DNA from: an uncultured Gemmataceae bacterium
GTDB taxonomy: Bacteria > Planctomycetota > Planctomycetia > Gemmatales > Gemmataceae
NCBI GenBank assembly: GCA_963750165.1
Contig: CAVVPN010000012.1
Coordinates: forward strand, 960,001 to 1,024,000
Direction of reading: 5' to 3'
Length of the DNA stretch: 64,000 nucleotides
A program made the position numbers and the translations under genes. A model generated the notes under the pieces. That model worked only from the letters and a program-made list of their open reading frames with translations, was not told the origin of the DNA and searched no databases. Shown piece by piece: positions 63,488-64,000 of the stretch. The stretch's first letter is position 1. Each line of letters opens with the position of its first letter.

Positions 63488-64000
63488 ATAACATAATTCG
63501 CCAACGCTTCGCAACCATAGGCAGTGCGAAGGATTGTAGAAGAAACTACAAAGGTGAAGATTACCGTCTTTATCGGGGAAGTCAACTGGAAAAACCTGCC
63601 CTTGAGGAATTCCCTGCACGGTTGGCGGAAGTGCTTATCCGCCAACAGTCAGCAAATGCAGTCCCATCCCGGCGGCGGCCCGATCAAGCTACGGGGTGGG
63701 GAGAACATACCGCGCGCAGCCGCGCTCAGGTGTGAAGGAAATATTTGGGAGAGAAGTAGTTAGAGGAACGTCAGGCAAATCGGTACGAGAGTAGGATAAT
63801 TTGCGCGGCGCAGAAAAAAACCTCCACCTGTGCCGTGTAGACGCTTTTGAGAACCCGCTGTGTAGTATGGGTGCCTCACGCCCGGCTTACGGATCCCACT
63901 GCATCAGGTGGGCTTGCATGCACCGGACAATTAAAGTTGGCTCCCCGCGGGTACTCCATCGGTTCGTCAAAAGTGCCGTCGATCACGAACACCGCAGAGG

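Noticed and set aside
62972..63500. SAM, SAH, cobalamin or T-box riboswitch for metH
   Set aside because: Core consensus motifs were not recognised by eye; kept only as an unknown RNA candidate
63590..63900. RNase P RNA (CCCGGCTTAC near 63880)
   Set aside because: No GAGGAAAGTCC 5' motif and no ACAGAA before CCCGGCTTA

Overview
GC-rich bacterial chromosomal segment, very likely Planctomycetota (Gemmataceae-like). Evidence: DUF1559 proteins, LEPR-XLL-type N-termini, Zn-ribbon membrane proteins, three Uma2 genes, an mfnB-like gene and a kinase-tubulin fusion. Most of the window is housekeeping or metabolic (dprA, proB, DEAD helicase, recD2, Rrf2-iscS-iscA, glnA, ispG, cysC, pyrC-like, mutS2-like, metH), plus two ECF sigma/anti-sigma loci and an SGNH-MBOAT pair. 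No rRNA, tRNA, CRISPR array, integrase or transposase was recognised. Points of interest: (1) many intergenic palindromic REP/MITE-like families, one inserted in-frame in mutS2; (2) duplicated gene 3' ends bracketing REP or toxin-antitoxin cargo, suggesting integrase-free 'gene-end replacement' islets; (3) several toxin or Uma2 genes disabled by deletion; (4) a Ser/Thr kinase fused to a tubulin/FtsZ-like domain; (5) a shared ECF-type promoter motif; (6) a candidate ~380-nt structured non-coding RNA upstream of metH. At least six genes have frameshifts in G/C runs, probably long-read errors. All family assignments come from motif recognition by eye, not from database searches.
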